Source: an uncultured Nitrospiraceae bacterium (GTDB lineage: Bacteria > Nitrospirota > Thermodesulfovibrionia > Thermodesulfovibrionales > Dissulfurispiraceae). From it: 64,000 bases of DNA. Where the stretch lies: positions 160,001-224,000 of the forward strand of contig CAVSHF010000003.1 of NCBI GenBank assembly GCA_963727805.1, read 5' to 3'. Below, in pieces: positions 20,558 to 30,890 of the stretch. Each line of letters starts with the position of its first letter. The first letter of the stretch is position 1. The notes beneath the pieces were generated by a model. It made no database searches. It was not told the origin of the DNA and saw nothing but the letters and a program-made list of their open reading frames with translations. Both the position numbers and the translations under genes were made by a program.

Positions 20558-20788
20558 TCACTCTCTCTCCGTTTTCATTAAACTGTATTTGTATCCCGGC
20601 ATATCATGGATACGTGCAGCATAAATTGCGGGAACGGGCGCTTCGTCGCAATAATTCATGTCCCGGTCATTTTGCATTTGTGGATATACACAACATGACC
20701 CTCGACTTTCCATTCTCCATATGAAGCACGTGATCGACAGTACGACAGGTGTGATTATCAAAAGCCACCACAGTAGATCATTGTACAT
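20558..20788 (-). CDS. Small hypothetical membrane protein
   Basis: GGGGGA RBS, N-terminal hydrophobic helix. Confidence 0.45.
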   Translation of the reverse strand: MYNDLLWWLLIITPVVLSITCFIWRMESRGSCCVYPQMQNDRDMNYCDEAPVPAIYAARIHDMPGYKYSLMKTERE

Positions 20789-21467
20789 TTTTCATCCCCC
20801 TTTTGATTGAGGCAATGCTGGCCATGTACTCAACTCATCCTAAAAATAGCCATGAAAGCCCCTTATAATTGTCTTTTAATTCAATTATCTCAAAACGACA
20901 TCAATAATAATAGCCATAAAATGAGGAAGGTGAGGGTTTGGTGACATTAATCACCAACAGCAATGGTCTGTATCTGACCGATTGGCAATTGCCAGCAATT
21001 CACAGATATGTCCTCTTTTATGCATGATAATTGATATCACATTATTATCGGCAAAATATATATTTTCTAAAGTCCCTATATTTTCAGCCCAAAGAGGTTG
21101 TCATGTATCAAGAACTACCCTGCAGTTAAGGAATATCAATATCACGGTTTTCAGAACGATGTTTTAGATCCGGACTGCATAAATAAGTCCTTGAAATTAA
21201 TTCAGATTATCATAGGTCAGTACATTTCAAAAATTTGGGCGTACATCGTTTTTCGTCCCAAAATCACACATCGGCCGCCTGAAATTATCTGGTAGGATTC
21301 CGTTCTGGTCAGCTGGAAAACAGGCAAGATTTCTGCTGTAAATGAGTACCTATAGTTAAATCATGCACCAAATAACCCAGAGTCTGAAGAAAATGCCGAT
21401 CTAAGCTTACAGATGCAAGTTGCCTTACGTACTGGCGCAGGGGGCGTGGCTCAAACTGACCTCACCA

Positions 21468-21815
21468 TCATAGCTTCCCCTGAGTGAAATGAAACTTGTG
21501 CAGAGCCCGATGTACAACCGGAGCCAGCAGAACTCCCGCGACAACGATGACGACCAACCCGCAATAAAGAGCGTATAGACCGGCAAAGAGCTTTCCACCG
21601 AATGTCAGTGGTGTGTTCACGGGCCCCATTCCTCCCAATAGCATTGCTGCATTGAGAAACGCGTCGATCCAGCTAAGCCCTTCAATGGCATGATAGCCGA
21701 GCATACCGATGGCTAGCGAAATCAGTACAAGAGACGCCCCGACGGCAGTGCTACGGGCAAGGCGTGCCATAAACTCTCGACGTGAAAGAAGCGGTTCTGA
21801 CTTGTGCTCAAACAT
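21468..21815 (-). CDS. Two-TM membrane protein with K+-channel-like (Ion_trans_2-like) architecture
   Basis: TM1-GYH..EGLSWIDAFLNAAMLLGGMGP..P.TFGGKLFA-TM2. Confidence 0.75.
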   Translation of the reverse strand: MFEHKSEPLLSRREFMARLARSTAVGASLVLISLAIGMLGYHAIEGLSWIDAFLNAAMLLGGMGPVNTPLTFGGKLFAGLYALYCGLVVIVVAGVLLAPVVHRALHKFHFTQGKL

Positions 21816-21985
21816 TGGCCACTGTGAGTCTCAATGTATTTGCTTTCTTAAGATTATTTTTATGCAAGTGCTGCCTTTTGATGATTATTATAATAATAGG
21901 GGGGTAAGCAGTCAATGAAGGACATCTATTCTGAGGTCATCTTCTTAATTTTCATGCGGATTAATGCTGTCCATCAACAATTAAT

Positions 21986-22028
21986 CAGAGGGTGGCGTAA
22001 ATCCCCGTCATTGAAGGCGGGGATTTAA
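21986..22028 (+). mobile_element. Solo IS200/IS605 left-end remnant
   Basis: CAGAGGGTGGCGTAAATCCCCGTCATTGAAGGCGGGGATTT aligns with the reverse complement of 11545-11584; near-perfect hairpin. Confidence 0.7.
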
Positions 22029-22297
22029 AATCGTGCCGTCTGTCTTTTATGTTAGTCAAATTCAATAAGATGAACGAAAGTTCACTGTGCTATTATGTGA
22101 GCATGCTAGTGTGCAAGTGTTACAGATACAGATTGAAGACGCGGCTGCACATGATAAAGATTTGTATTGTGGATCAGCAAAATTATGCCCCTTGCCATTT
22201 CGTTCACTTTACATGTGAAGTCGATTATCGTCCATGCATTTTCAATGAATGAGGCTAGTGTAGCTACATAACAAATGTCACACTGGGGGCAGGTACC

Positions 22298-23188
22298 TTA
22301 TCGCTCTGCCCTCCTGCCAGGACTAATAACCGGATTGCGGATTGTACCAATTCGCTCGATCTCGATCTCAACAATGTCACCAGCCTTGAGAAAGATAGGC
22401 GGTTGCCGCTTGAACCCCACCCCCGAGGGGGTCCCGGTAGCAATAAGATCGCCTGGTCGCAGGGTCATCAGTGAGCTCAGGAAAGCAATTGTCCGCGCTA
22501 CTGAGAAGATCATATCTCGTGTGTTACCATTCTGCAGCGTGACACCATTCACGCGTGTGAATATCTGTAAGTTCTGCGGATCGGAAATATCAGAGACTGG
22601 AGCGATCCCTGGGCCCATTGGAGCGAAAGTATCAGGCACCTTTCCTGCCATCCATTGACTGCTTTGCATTTGAAGGTCACGGGCACTGACGTCATTCATG
22701 ATGGTGTAGCCGGCAACACAGGTGAGCGCCTCGCTTTCGGACACCTCCTTGCATCTTCTGCCAATAACGACTGCAAGTTCACCCTCGTAGTCAATCTGCG
22801 TGCTGACACGGGGCAATACAATGGGACTGGTCGGCCCACATAAGGCATTGCGGAATTTAGCAAAAATTGGCGGAAACATGGACGTACTCATCTGCACTTC
22901 CATAGCGTGCTCATGGTAATTCAGCCCCAGGCAAATGATCTTTTCAGGATCAGGAACAGGAGGGCCAAGTTCGACCTTTTCGAGAGGGATAAGCTGCTCA
23001 CTTTTCATCTGAAAGGCATCTCGTGCCTGTTCAAGCAATTGATTAATAGTGGAGGCTCCTGCTTCGAGAAGAGCGCGTACGGTTGACGGGTAGACTGCGG
23101 GATTCAGTGTAGCAGCATCCAGAAGAACGGAATCGGATAGGATTCCTGCTCGCCATAAACCGTGTGATCGATAACTCACAATGTACAT
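22298..23188 (-). CDS. Fumarylacetoacetate hydrolase family protein
   Basis: KIICLGLNY, DYEGEL, NDVSARD, GK..DTFAPMGP, TGTPSGVG. Confidence 0.93.
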   Translation of the reverse strand: MYIVSYRSHGLWRAGILSDSVLLDAATLNPAVYPSTVRALLEAGASTINQLLEQARDAFQMKSEQLIPLEKVELGPPVPDPEKIICLGLNYHEHAMEVQMSTSMFPPIFAKFRNALCGPTSPIVLPRVSTQIDYEGELAVVIGRRCKEVSESEALTCVAGYTIMNDVSARDLQMQSSQWMAGKVPDTFAPMGPGIAPVSDISDPQNLQIFTRVNGVTLQNGNTRDMIFSVARTIAFLSSLMTLRPGDLIATGTPSGVGFKRQPPIFLKAGDIVEIEIERIGTIRNPVISPGRRAER

Positions 23189-23474
23189 AGATACTCCTTA
23201 AGGCATTAATGATGGCCGCTTGAAATATGGATCATTATACCATGCTTGTTAGGCTCATATATCAGGAAGTAATTTGCAAACATGCCCCCGTTTGACTTGG
23301 ACTTATTTTGACATATTATTGTGATGCATGAAGTAGGGCGGGACGTGCCCATGTAACGCCTGCGGAGAGAAGGGCCGCTACTGTATCGACTCTGTCGATG
23401 CAAAAGTCCAATCATTGAACAGAAAGCTCTCGCGTCTCGGTAGTCTTGAGATGCATGGGAATTTATTACCGTGA

Positions 23475-23927
23475 CTAAGTCACATGCTTAAAAGCACTGT
23501 CGACGGCAGCTTCCGCTGTATCTGCTTTTATAATTCCCTGGAGCTCCCAAGTGTTAATCCCGATGACGGGCTTTCCCATTTTGAGCGCAAAGGCTAGCTC
23601 TGAGAGTGTTCCGTACTCGCCCCCGATGGCGATCAAGGCATCAGACGTGCGGATGATTATAATGTTTCGACCTTCTCCGAATCCAGTTGCGACAGGCACA
23701 TCAATGTATTGATTTGCCATTTCTTTTGTTGCCTGCGGCAGAATCCCGATGGTGGTGCCCCCTGCGGCCTTCGCTCCGCGAGCCGCACCCTCCATAACAC
23801 CTCCGAGACCTCCGCAGACCAGAAGGGCCTCGCGGGTAGCGATCAATCTGCCGACTTCTTCTGCAATACCGGTCAAAGAGGCATCGGCCCTTCCTGAACC
23901 GATTACTCCGATAATTCGTTTGGTCAT
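23475..23927 (-). CDS. LOG/SLOG family protein (TIGR00725-like)
   Basis: IGVIGSG, CGGLGGVM, TGFGEGRN, IGGEYGTLSE. Confidence 0.9.
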   Translation of the reverse strand: MTKRIIGVIGSGRADASLTGIAEEVGRLIATREALLVCGGLGGVMEGAARGAKAAGGTTIGILPQATKEMANQYIDVPVATGFGEGRNIIIIRTSDALIAIGGEYGTLSELAFALKMGKPVIGINTWELQGIIKADTAEAAVDSAFKHVT

Positions 23928-24392
23928 ATCCTCTTCCCCTTCTTTAAGCGGTCTTATTAACAGGCTATTCTAACATGCAGACACACAGATGATCATGCGA
24001 GGGACAAGGAGATCTAATGCGCTTAAAGAAAGGTACCTATGATATGTTGAATGGGATTCTCGCATGATAGGAGGAAGGAGTGAATCACACCTAAAAAGGT
24101 CTTAATAATTGTGACGGGCCAGTGAGGCCTTGCAAGTTATTGCAGCCATATCCCTTTAATAGCACTAAGGATTTCCAGTTAAATAGAATAGCCCGTCTTC
24201 CAGGAATTGAGATGATCTGAAACGCTTTCGAAAGCTTCTCGATATTGGACATAATAACGGGGAGCGGCCGTGCTTAAGCCTGGATACTCTTTGGCAGAAC
24301 AAAGAACAAATTGACGTCCTGTTTTATAACACCTTCTACCGGAGCCTATCCCCCATGTCGAACAACGATGCGTTGCTTCTTTTATCGACAAT

Positions 24393-24830
24393 TCAGATTC
24401 TTAAAACGCTATAAATCATTTCAATCCGGTATGGTTTGCTTATGTATCCACTAATTCCCAAATCACTCAACTTGTTTTTTATTTCCGATGAGTCACCTTC
24501 TGACATAACGAATATTTGTGCACTAGGATAATATAATCTAGTGAGGTCTATGAGTGAATAACCACTCGCGGCCGCCATATGAAAGTCGGTAAGCAGGATA
24601 TCTACCTGAAATGATTGCAGTATTTCTACCGCTTCCAATCCATTTGAGGCTGTCAAAATGTTGTAGTGCTTTGCACAGATGGCGAAACTTTGAGAAAGCT
24701 GCTTTAACACAGTGCGGTCGGCATCCACAACAAGAATATTGCTGCTATTTCTCGATACGTGGACTTCACATGGTTGATTATTAAATTCGAGTGCGTGATC
24801 TATGGACTGACTCACGTTTGCGATAAACAT
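24393..24830 (-). CDS. Single-domain response regulator (REC), copy 2
   Basis: Paralog of 19018..19455 with identical C-terminus GYISKPYRIEMIYSVLRI. Confidence 0.85.
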   Translation of the reverse strand: MFIANVSQSIDHALEFNNQPCEVHVSRNSSNILVVDADRTVLKQLSQSFAICAKHYNILTASNGLEAVEILQSFQVDILLTDFHMAAASGYSLIDLTRLYYPSAQIFVMSEGDSSEIKNKLSDLGISGYISKPYRIEMIYSVLRI

Positions 24831-24920
24831 ATATGCCTCCATTGATTAGATCAACACTCAAACACAAAGACGCCGCTAAACTATGCAAAATATATTCTAA
24901 ATTATGTTGAGTGATAATCT

Positions 24921-25190
24921 TTAATTACAAAAGTTGAGTCCTGCCCTGTTTTCCTCGACCCAGACTACTCTGGCCTTTGTCTTGGGGTCTGCAATATGCA
25001 CTGTTTCTCCCTGCCGCAGCTTTGCACTTGATACGAGACCCAACCCACGCTCGCTAAGATCAACTATTTTACATGTCCATCTATGCCCAAACGCATTAGA
25101 GCATTCAGTAGTATAGTTGCATTTAAGTCTTGGCCAACGTCTGGTTTCTCCTTCGCGTAAGTGGTCTAAATAATTTTCGAGTGTACCCAT
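24921..25190 (-). CDS. PilZ-domain protein with intact c-di-GMP motifs
   Basis: RRWPR (RxxxR) and DLSERG (DxSxxG). Confidence 0.85.
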   Translation of the reverse strand: MGTLENYLDHLREGETRRWPRLKCNYTTECSNAFGHRWTCKIVDLSERGLGLVSSAKLRQGETVHIADPKTKARVVWVEENRAGLNFCN

Positions 25191-25207
25191 TCTATATACA
25201 CCCCCCG

Positions 25208-25360
25208 TTATAATATTGACAGAGCCGGCACTAGGACCGTCAAATGTGTAAGATGTGAATCATAGTCTGATGCAGCAGACTTATAAGCCGTTGACATGAC
25301 TATAAGAAGCAATTCGATGTGTATTTGTGCTTTTAATATCAAGCAGTTCAGCATTCGCAT
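25208..25360 (-). CDS. Small 50-aa ORF not in the ORF track
   Basis: GGAGG RBS, MRMLNCLILKAQIHIELLLIVMS...SIL*, directly after a sigma54 promoter. Confidence 0.45.
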   Translation of the reverse strand: MRMLNCLILKAQIHIELLLIVMSTAYKSAASDYDSHLTHLTVLVPALSIL

Positions 25361-25379
25361 TACCTCCGTCCTTTATATA

Positions 25380-25395
25380 AGCAATTTACATGCCA
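25380..25395 (-). promoter_or_regulatory. Sigma54 (-24/-12) promoter
   Basis: TGGCAT-GTAAA-TTGCT on the minus strand. Confidence 0.75.
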
Positions 25396-25922
25396 CATTT
25401 GACAATGATTTGGATTCGGGGAGGGATCCCCTGACAGCTCCAGAGCAATTATTGACGTCTATTATGTAGAAAAAGTATCAATATATAACATATTATCAAT
25501 GAGATATAAGATGATAATGTATCCTAGCCACAACTTAAAACTGTTCTATGTGGTTCAACTTGACGGACACGGTTGCCTGAGGCATGCGATAGAATATTGA
25601 CAGTATGATGTGCATTTATTACTAAAACGATTCACAAGTGCCTGAAAAGCGGAAGAGTTGATAAAATATCGATAGGTCAAGTCAATAGCAAGTCTTGCAA
25701 TCGTTCAGATAACGCAGATCGCACGTATTCATTGAAAGTTTTTATCCCTAGATTCACAATCGCTAGGCTTATTGCACATCGCGTAGAATTTTGGCCCGTG
25801 CATACTAAGACTAACTGATTTCACAACCATGTGTTGAGAAAATTAGCAGATGGATGGAAGGTTCTCAAGCACGAATACTTGGATTCTGTTGCTTGCGATT
25901 GAAACGCGTAATCGCAAGTCAT

Positions 25923-26105
25923 CTATTCTGAGTTTCTTTCAGCAAAAAAGCGCATGAGAAATTCCGCATCTTTTGGGGGTAAATCGAACTTTAAACAAGC
26001 ATCGCCGATTAATTTAGTCAGACTCATGTTAGGATCACCGAGACGTTCATCGGATATCCACTTAACTGCCCTTCGCAACTGCTCTCCCTCAGGAAGAATA
26101 CTCAT
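25923..26105 (-). CDS. Small conserved hypothetical protein
   Basis: MSILPEGEQLRRAVKWIS...ACLKFDL.PKDAEFL; AAAGGA RBS. Confidence 0.75.
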   Translation of the reverse strand: MSILPEGEQLRRAVKWISDERLGDPNMSLTKLIGDACLKFDLPPKDAEFLMRFFAERNSE

Positions 26106-26574
26106 ATATCATCCTTTCAAGACTTTATTTGTTGGCTGTCAGTTAGTCAGTCCAATTTTACTGTTAATCAAGATCAAAGTTGTACAGGGTTCCGTAAGCA
26201 ACGTCGTCTCTCATAATTACCATTGTGCCAAACTTTTTCCCTTTTCCGACGAGGCAATTCATAAATTGTCCGATGATCCGATCCTTTTCCTTTATCTCGA
26301 TTCCTGCCCCGTCTTTTACTTTTTTATTCTCACTAGGTTAATCATTTATAGCCCTTCTGTGCAGGTCTTCTTGTCTTGTTGACTATCAACCCATAGTCAT
26401 AGAGTCAGTCTACCTTAACGTCACATGTCTGACGGTTTCATGCAATGTGTTTCGGGCGACCGGAATAATGCAGGATCTCATTTCTGACCGTAGCATTACT
26501 GCCCATCTGCCACCTCAGCGTCTTGGGATACAAACAAAACCTCTTCGCGCAGCATTCCCTATCTTGACGAAATC

Positions 26575-26832
26575 TCATTTTTCTGTTGCCTGATTAATTG
26601 CCTTTTTTGTTTCAGCATTTCGCGCATCATTCTGATTCAGCGCGCTATCGACTGAGCGACGGATTGCAGCACCATCATACCCTACAACGCCAGCCGCTTC
26701 AAGACTGCGGGAATCAGCCCTGCCAGGCGCAGCCGGAGATGCGGATTCTGAATTCGATGCCTTGGGCTTATCGGCGCTACAGTTGATCACGAAGACTGTT
26801 ACACATGATAGAAACGCTGCTAATACTTTCAT
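26575..26832 (-). CDS. Small hypothetical lipoprotein
   Basis: MKVLAAFLSCVTVFVINC leader; low-complexity body. Confidence 0.65.
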   Translation of the reverse strand: MKVLAAFLSCVTVFVINCSADKPKASNSESASPAAPGRADSRSLEAAGVVGYDGAAIRRSVDSALNQNDARNAETKKAINQATEK

Positions 26833-26938
26833 TTCGAGCTTCCTCTGGGGATCACATAGGTACAATACTTTGTCTTTATAAGGCTCATTTACTGCCTCTC
26901 ATCATCGAGTTTTTTGGGATGTTGTTCTGATGCAATTT

Positions 26939-28270
26939 TTATGATCTCTTCAGGAACTGTACATCTGTCATATGCGTTGAGCAAGAGATGCACGGATCAT
27001 AGGCACGGACGAGCATTTCGACATGTTGGGTAATCTCATCTTCGCTCAGGTCGATAATCTGAGGTACCAGTTGCCGCATATCATGTTCGATATTATTAAG
27101 GTTCTGATTGGTAGGAATAATGCAATTTGCATCGGTGATTATCCCCTTGTCATCTATTGCATAATTATGGAAAAGAAGGCCTCGCGGCACTTCGACGGCA
27201 CCCACTCCATTGCCTGCCCTGACAGGTATGTTTTCGCGTTCATTCACGCCTACTGTGATTACCTCTTCATGATTAATGCCGCTTGCCGTCAGTTCTTCAA
27301 TGATGTAAATAGCATTCTTTACGCAATGGACTGATTCGACTAATTGGGCGACTGTATTGAGAAACGGATTTATGCATTTTGGCTTTAACCCGACGGCCAA
27401 AGCCGCTTCTTTAGCTGAAGGATGCAGTTTGTCATAGTTCAGGTTAATCCTCGCCAAAGCACCAACAGCGTATGATTCCCTGCTGAGCCTCGTATGCTTG
27501 GCCGATGAATGGGGAACGATAAATTCATTAGTGATCTTTCTGTAGTCTTTTTTGTCCATTTTTACGCCATCCGTTGAGGCAATGGTTCCTGACAGAAAAG
27601 GATATTCGTCGGTATTGTTTGACAGTGCAACATATTCCGTGTCCCGTTCAAACTCAGGGAACGTAAGGGATGAGATCAGTTCAACGGTCGCATCCATATC
27701 AGCCTGCAGAGTAATCATCTTATTAAGCATAGATTCCAAATCTTGCTTTCCGGGAAGCTTTGTGAATCCCCCGATGATTGCTGATATAGGATGGACGTGC
27801 CTACCAACTAGTATTTCGCAGGCTTCATTGCAGACCTGTTTCATCCTGAGGGCCCTCCGAACAACTTCTGCATGACTTTCCATTAGCGGAAGGAAGCTCT
27901 TAACGCGTAACAGGTCAGGCACCGCAAGGAAATAGATGTGCAGGATATGGCTATCAAGTATTTCATAATGGAGCAGGAGTTTTCTGAGCTTTATCGTTTG
28001 TACCGTGGGTGTTATGCCGAGTGCATCCTCTGCAGCCTGGATAGAAGCGAGGGTATGGCCGCAGGCGCAAATACCGCAAATCCTGCTCGTTATGTGCTGA
28101 GCCTCAAAGATGGAACGGCCCCTGAGCATTCCTTCAAAAAAGCGCGGTGCTTCAACAATGTCAAGTCGGCATGTCTCCAGCCTGCCCTCTTGAACCTTTA
28201 GGATGATCTTCCCATGGCCTTCCACCCTAGTGATATACCCTGTCGAGATATTGACATTCTTATTTGCCAC
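26939..28270 (-). CDS. Group 3b [NiFe] hydrogenase large (alpha) subunit
   Basis: TRVEGHG, RFFE, L1 RICGICACGH, EVPRG, L2 DPCISCSTH plus C-terminal extension. Confidence 0.95.
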   Translation of the reverse strand: MANKNVNISTGYITRVEGHGKIILKVQEGRLETCRLDIVEAPRFFEGMLRGRSIFEAQHITSRICGICACGHTLASIQAAEDALGITPTVQTIKLRKLLLHYEILDSHILHIYFLAVPDLLRVKSFLPLMESHAEVVRRALRMKQVCNEACEILVGRHVHPISAIIGGFTKLPGKQDLESMLNKMITLQADMDATVELISSLTFPEFERDTEYVALSNNTDEYPFLSGTIASTDGVKMDKKDYRKITNEFIVPHSSAKHTRLSRESYAVGALARINLNYDKLHPSAKEAALAVGLKPKCINPFLNTVAQLVESVHCVKNAIYIIEELTASGINHEEVITVGVNERENIPVRAGNGVGAVEVPRGLLFHNYAIDDKGIITDANCIIPTNQNLNNIEHDMRQLVPQIIDLSEDEITQHVEMLVRAYDPCISCSTHMTDVQFLKRS

Positions 28271-28271
28271 G

Positions 28272-29012
28272 TTATCGCAACTCCCTGCATGTATTGTACA
28301 TGTCCATTTTATGCACTATCAGTTCAACCGGCACCGCATATTTGCTGAGCACGTCACGTGCACCCCGCTCATTGGGATTACTGATCATGCCGCGGCAGCC
28401 ATAGCAAATGTTACCGTTATTGACACACCACGAGTTGCAGCCTGCCCTAGTAATCGGTCCCAGACAGCTCACACCCTTATCATACATACACACATTCTCA
28501 TTCAGTTTGCATTCTATGCAGACAGGGTAGTCAGGAACTGCATACGGTATCCCCTGCATGACGGCTTTTAAGACGGTCAGGACCTCCGGGATATAGACAG
28601 GACAACCATTGATAAAATAATCGACCTTGACCACCTGATGGACAGCTCTCGTCATGTCGGTCGGGAACAATTTAAAACGCTCTCCGTATACGTACTGGCC
28701 AATCTCGGCAAGATTGAAAGTATTTTTCATGCCGTTAACACCGCCGATGGTAGCGCAGGAGCCATAAGCAATAAGGATCCTCGATTTTTTTCTTATCTCG
28801 TTTATCCGTTCAACTGCGTGTTCGTCGGTAATACTTCCCTCTATTATCGCGATATCCAGATCGCCATCCCATGTTTCCGACAGGACCTCTCGGAACTCAA
28901 CGATCTCAAGCATCCCCAGCATATCAACAACGATATCTCCCATATTGGTCACCTGCAGCTGGCATCCTTCACAGCAGGCAAAGTCGAAAAAGGCGGTTTT
29001 GGGTTTCTTCAT
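28272..29012 (-). CDS. Group 3b hydrogenase small (delta) subunit
   Basis: CCEGCQ, EGSI, GSCA..GG, GCP, C..C...CLGP.T..GC...C...CYGCRG. Confidence 0.93.
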   Translation of the reverse strand: MKKPKTAFFDFACCEGCQLQVTNMGDIVVDMLGMLEIVEFREVLSETWDGDLDIAIIEGSITDEHAVERINEIRKKSRILIAYGSCATIGGVNGMKNTFNLAEIGQYVYGERFKLFPTDMTRAVHQVVKVDYFINGCPVYIPEVLTVLKAVMQGIPYAVPDYPVCIECKLNENVCMYDKGVSCLGPITRAGCNSWCVNNGNICYGCRGMISNPNERGARDVLSKYAVPVELIVHKMDMYNTCRELR

Positions 29013-29013
29013 C

Positions 29014-29850
29014 TTAAAGGGCCTCGCTTAGGTTCTTGATCCTATCATAGAAGAAGACCGGTCCATCCTTGCAGCAATAAAGGTGCTGAAACTGGCACCG
29101 GCCGCATTTACCCACTCCACATTTCATATGCCGTTCGAATGACATCATTATGCGGTTTTCCGGGATGTGCTTTGCCAGGAGTTCCTTTATCACGAAATGG
29201 TACATTACCGGAGGACCCACCACTACTGCTACAGTTCTATCCGGTTCGATATCAACCCCTGGTATGAGTGTGGTAATGACTCCCACATTGCCAGCCCAAT
29301 CAGGCGGTGCCCGATCTATTGTGCAGGCGAAATGAACATCAGACCGCCGTGTCCATGTGGCAATGTCATTTTTGAACAGCATATCCTGGGGGGACTTACA
29401 TCCAAGGAGTATATGCATTTTCCCGAAGTCTCGGCGGTTATCGATGACATAATTAATCAATGAGCGCAAAGGGGCTATCCCCAATCCTCCGGCAATGACC
29501 AGCAGATCATTACCCCTGAGCACCCTCAGCGGAAAACCATTACCATAAGGTCCCCTTATACTGATCTCATCTCCCTCCCTAAGTGTATGCAGGTGTGTTG
29601 TCACCTTTCCTGCCGCCCGGACACAAAGATCAAAAGATTCTTTTCCATTTGGTGCAGATGCGATTGAAATGGGTGATTCACCGATACCCAAGAGGGAGAC
29701 CATGATAAACTGCCCAGGCTCGTGGTTAAGTGACTGACCGGATGATAAAGCGAGTTGGAACAATTTCTCAGTCTCCCCCGTTTGTTCAACACGGAGGATT
29801 CTGGCTTGCCTGACCATATAATAAGAATTTTCTATAACCAGCCTTTCCAT
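29014..29850 (-). CDS. Group 3b hydrogenase FAD/NAD(P)-binding (gamma) subunit
   Basis: PGQF, RGPYGNGF, GGLGIAPL, GPPVM, MKCGVGKCGRC..CKDGPVF. Confidence 0.93.
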   Translation of the reverse strand: MERLVIENSYYMVRQARILRVEQTGETEKLFQLALSSGQSLNHEPGQFIMVSLLGIGESPISIASAPNGKESFDLCVRAAGKVTTHLHTLREGDEISIRGPYGNGFPLRVLRGNDLLVIAGGLGIAPLRSLINYVIDNRRDFGKMHILLGCKSPQDMLFKNDIATWTRRSDVHFACTIDRAPPDWAGNVGVITTLIPGVDIEPDRTVAVVVGPPVMYHFVIKELLAKHIPENRIMMSFERHMKCGVGKCGRCQFQHLYCCKDGPVFFYDRIKNLSEAL

Positions 29851-30890
29851 ATCTTCGCTTCACTTTCCTTGACTAATGCCTGAATAGTTTCTTTAAGCCT
29901 TATGGAGGCCATGCAAGTCCTGCTGCACCTTCCGCATCCCGTACAAAAAAACCTTCCATATCGGTCTAAAGGATACCTGAACTTACGGTAATAACGGTGC
30001 CGTTGTCGAGCAGAGCGCTCCTTGCGGAAATTTTCTCCTCCAGCAACCTTGGCGAAAGGTTCAAGCTGGCAGGAGTCCCAGACGCGGTAACGCCTGCCTG
30101 AGGTGAGGTTCAGGTCAATCTCATCCCGTATATCGAAACAATAACAAGTAGGACAAACCGTTGTGCAGTTCCCGCAGGCCAGACAGCGTTCCTGAAGATC
30201 TTTCCATACAGTGCTCCCGAAAGACCGGTCGAAAAGATCGGAGATCTTTTTTGGTGTAATAGCAAGTTCATTCCTGAAGACGGCCTTCTTGTTCTCTCTC
30301 AGGTCTGTCAAAGCCAACAGGTGCAAATCATTCGCTTTGATAAACATAGCGGTTTTTCCAACAATATCTTCACCACGCTGTGTAGCGATATGAACTATAA
30401 AATAATCACCCAGATCACTAAAAAACAAATCATAGCCGCCTGTCGGCAGATAGGTGTTCATTGATGCACAGTTGGCGTACTCATCGCAATATATGTTGCA
30501 TTCAAGGCCAATTATATCTATATGCTTCTTGCGGAGCAGATAATGATAGTCCTTTGGACTCTCTGAGAATATCATGTTAAGACACTGGATGGCAGCAAGA
30601 TCGCACGTATGGACTCCGAAGAGCGTGATTACTTCAAGGTCCGCTATTGCCTCAACAACTGATCTCTCACCAAGATCGAATTCCAGAAGGGTCTCCCGTT
30701 GTGGCATAAAGTATTTCTTGGGCGGTAGGATGGTCGGGACATAGGGTATTGAGATTGCCCCAGCCGACACAACAGTTTCGAAGGAATAACTACCCCATCC
30801 CTTTGAGACCGGCGCAACCACCTTGCTGAAACCAGCCAGCTTTGCAATAAAATCGTCCATGCGATCTTTATTTAGTATCACATAGCTCAT
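29832..30890 (-). CDS. Group 3b hydrogenase 4Fe-4S (beta) subunit
   Basis: CLACGNCTTVCPTCYCF, WDSCQ, CTGCGRCSRTC. Confidence 0.92.
   Translation of the reverse strand: MSYVILNKDRMDDFIAKLAGFSKVVAPVSKGWGSYSFETVVSAGAISIPYVPTILPPKKYFMPQRETLLEFDLGERSVVEAIADLEVITLFGVHTCDLAAIQCLNMIFSESPKDYHYLLRKKHIDIIGLECNIYCDEYANCASMNTYLPTGGYDLFFSDLGDYFIVHIATQRGEDIVGKTAMFIKANDLHLLALTDLRENKKAVFRNELAITPKKISDLFDRSFGSTVWKDLQERCLACGNCTTVCPTCYCFDIRDEIDLNLTSGRRYRVWDSCQLEPFAKVAGGENFRKERSARQRHRYYRKFRYPLDRYGRFFCTGCGRCSRTCMASIRLKETIQALVKESEAKIWKGWL

Noticed and set aside
26939..28270. [NiFeSe] hydrogenase
   Set aside because: L2 motif is DPCISC with ordinary Cys codons; no in-frame TGA
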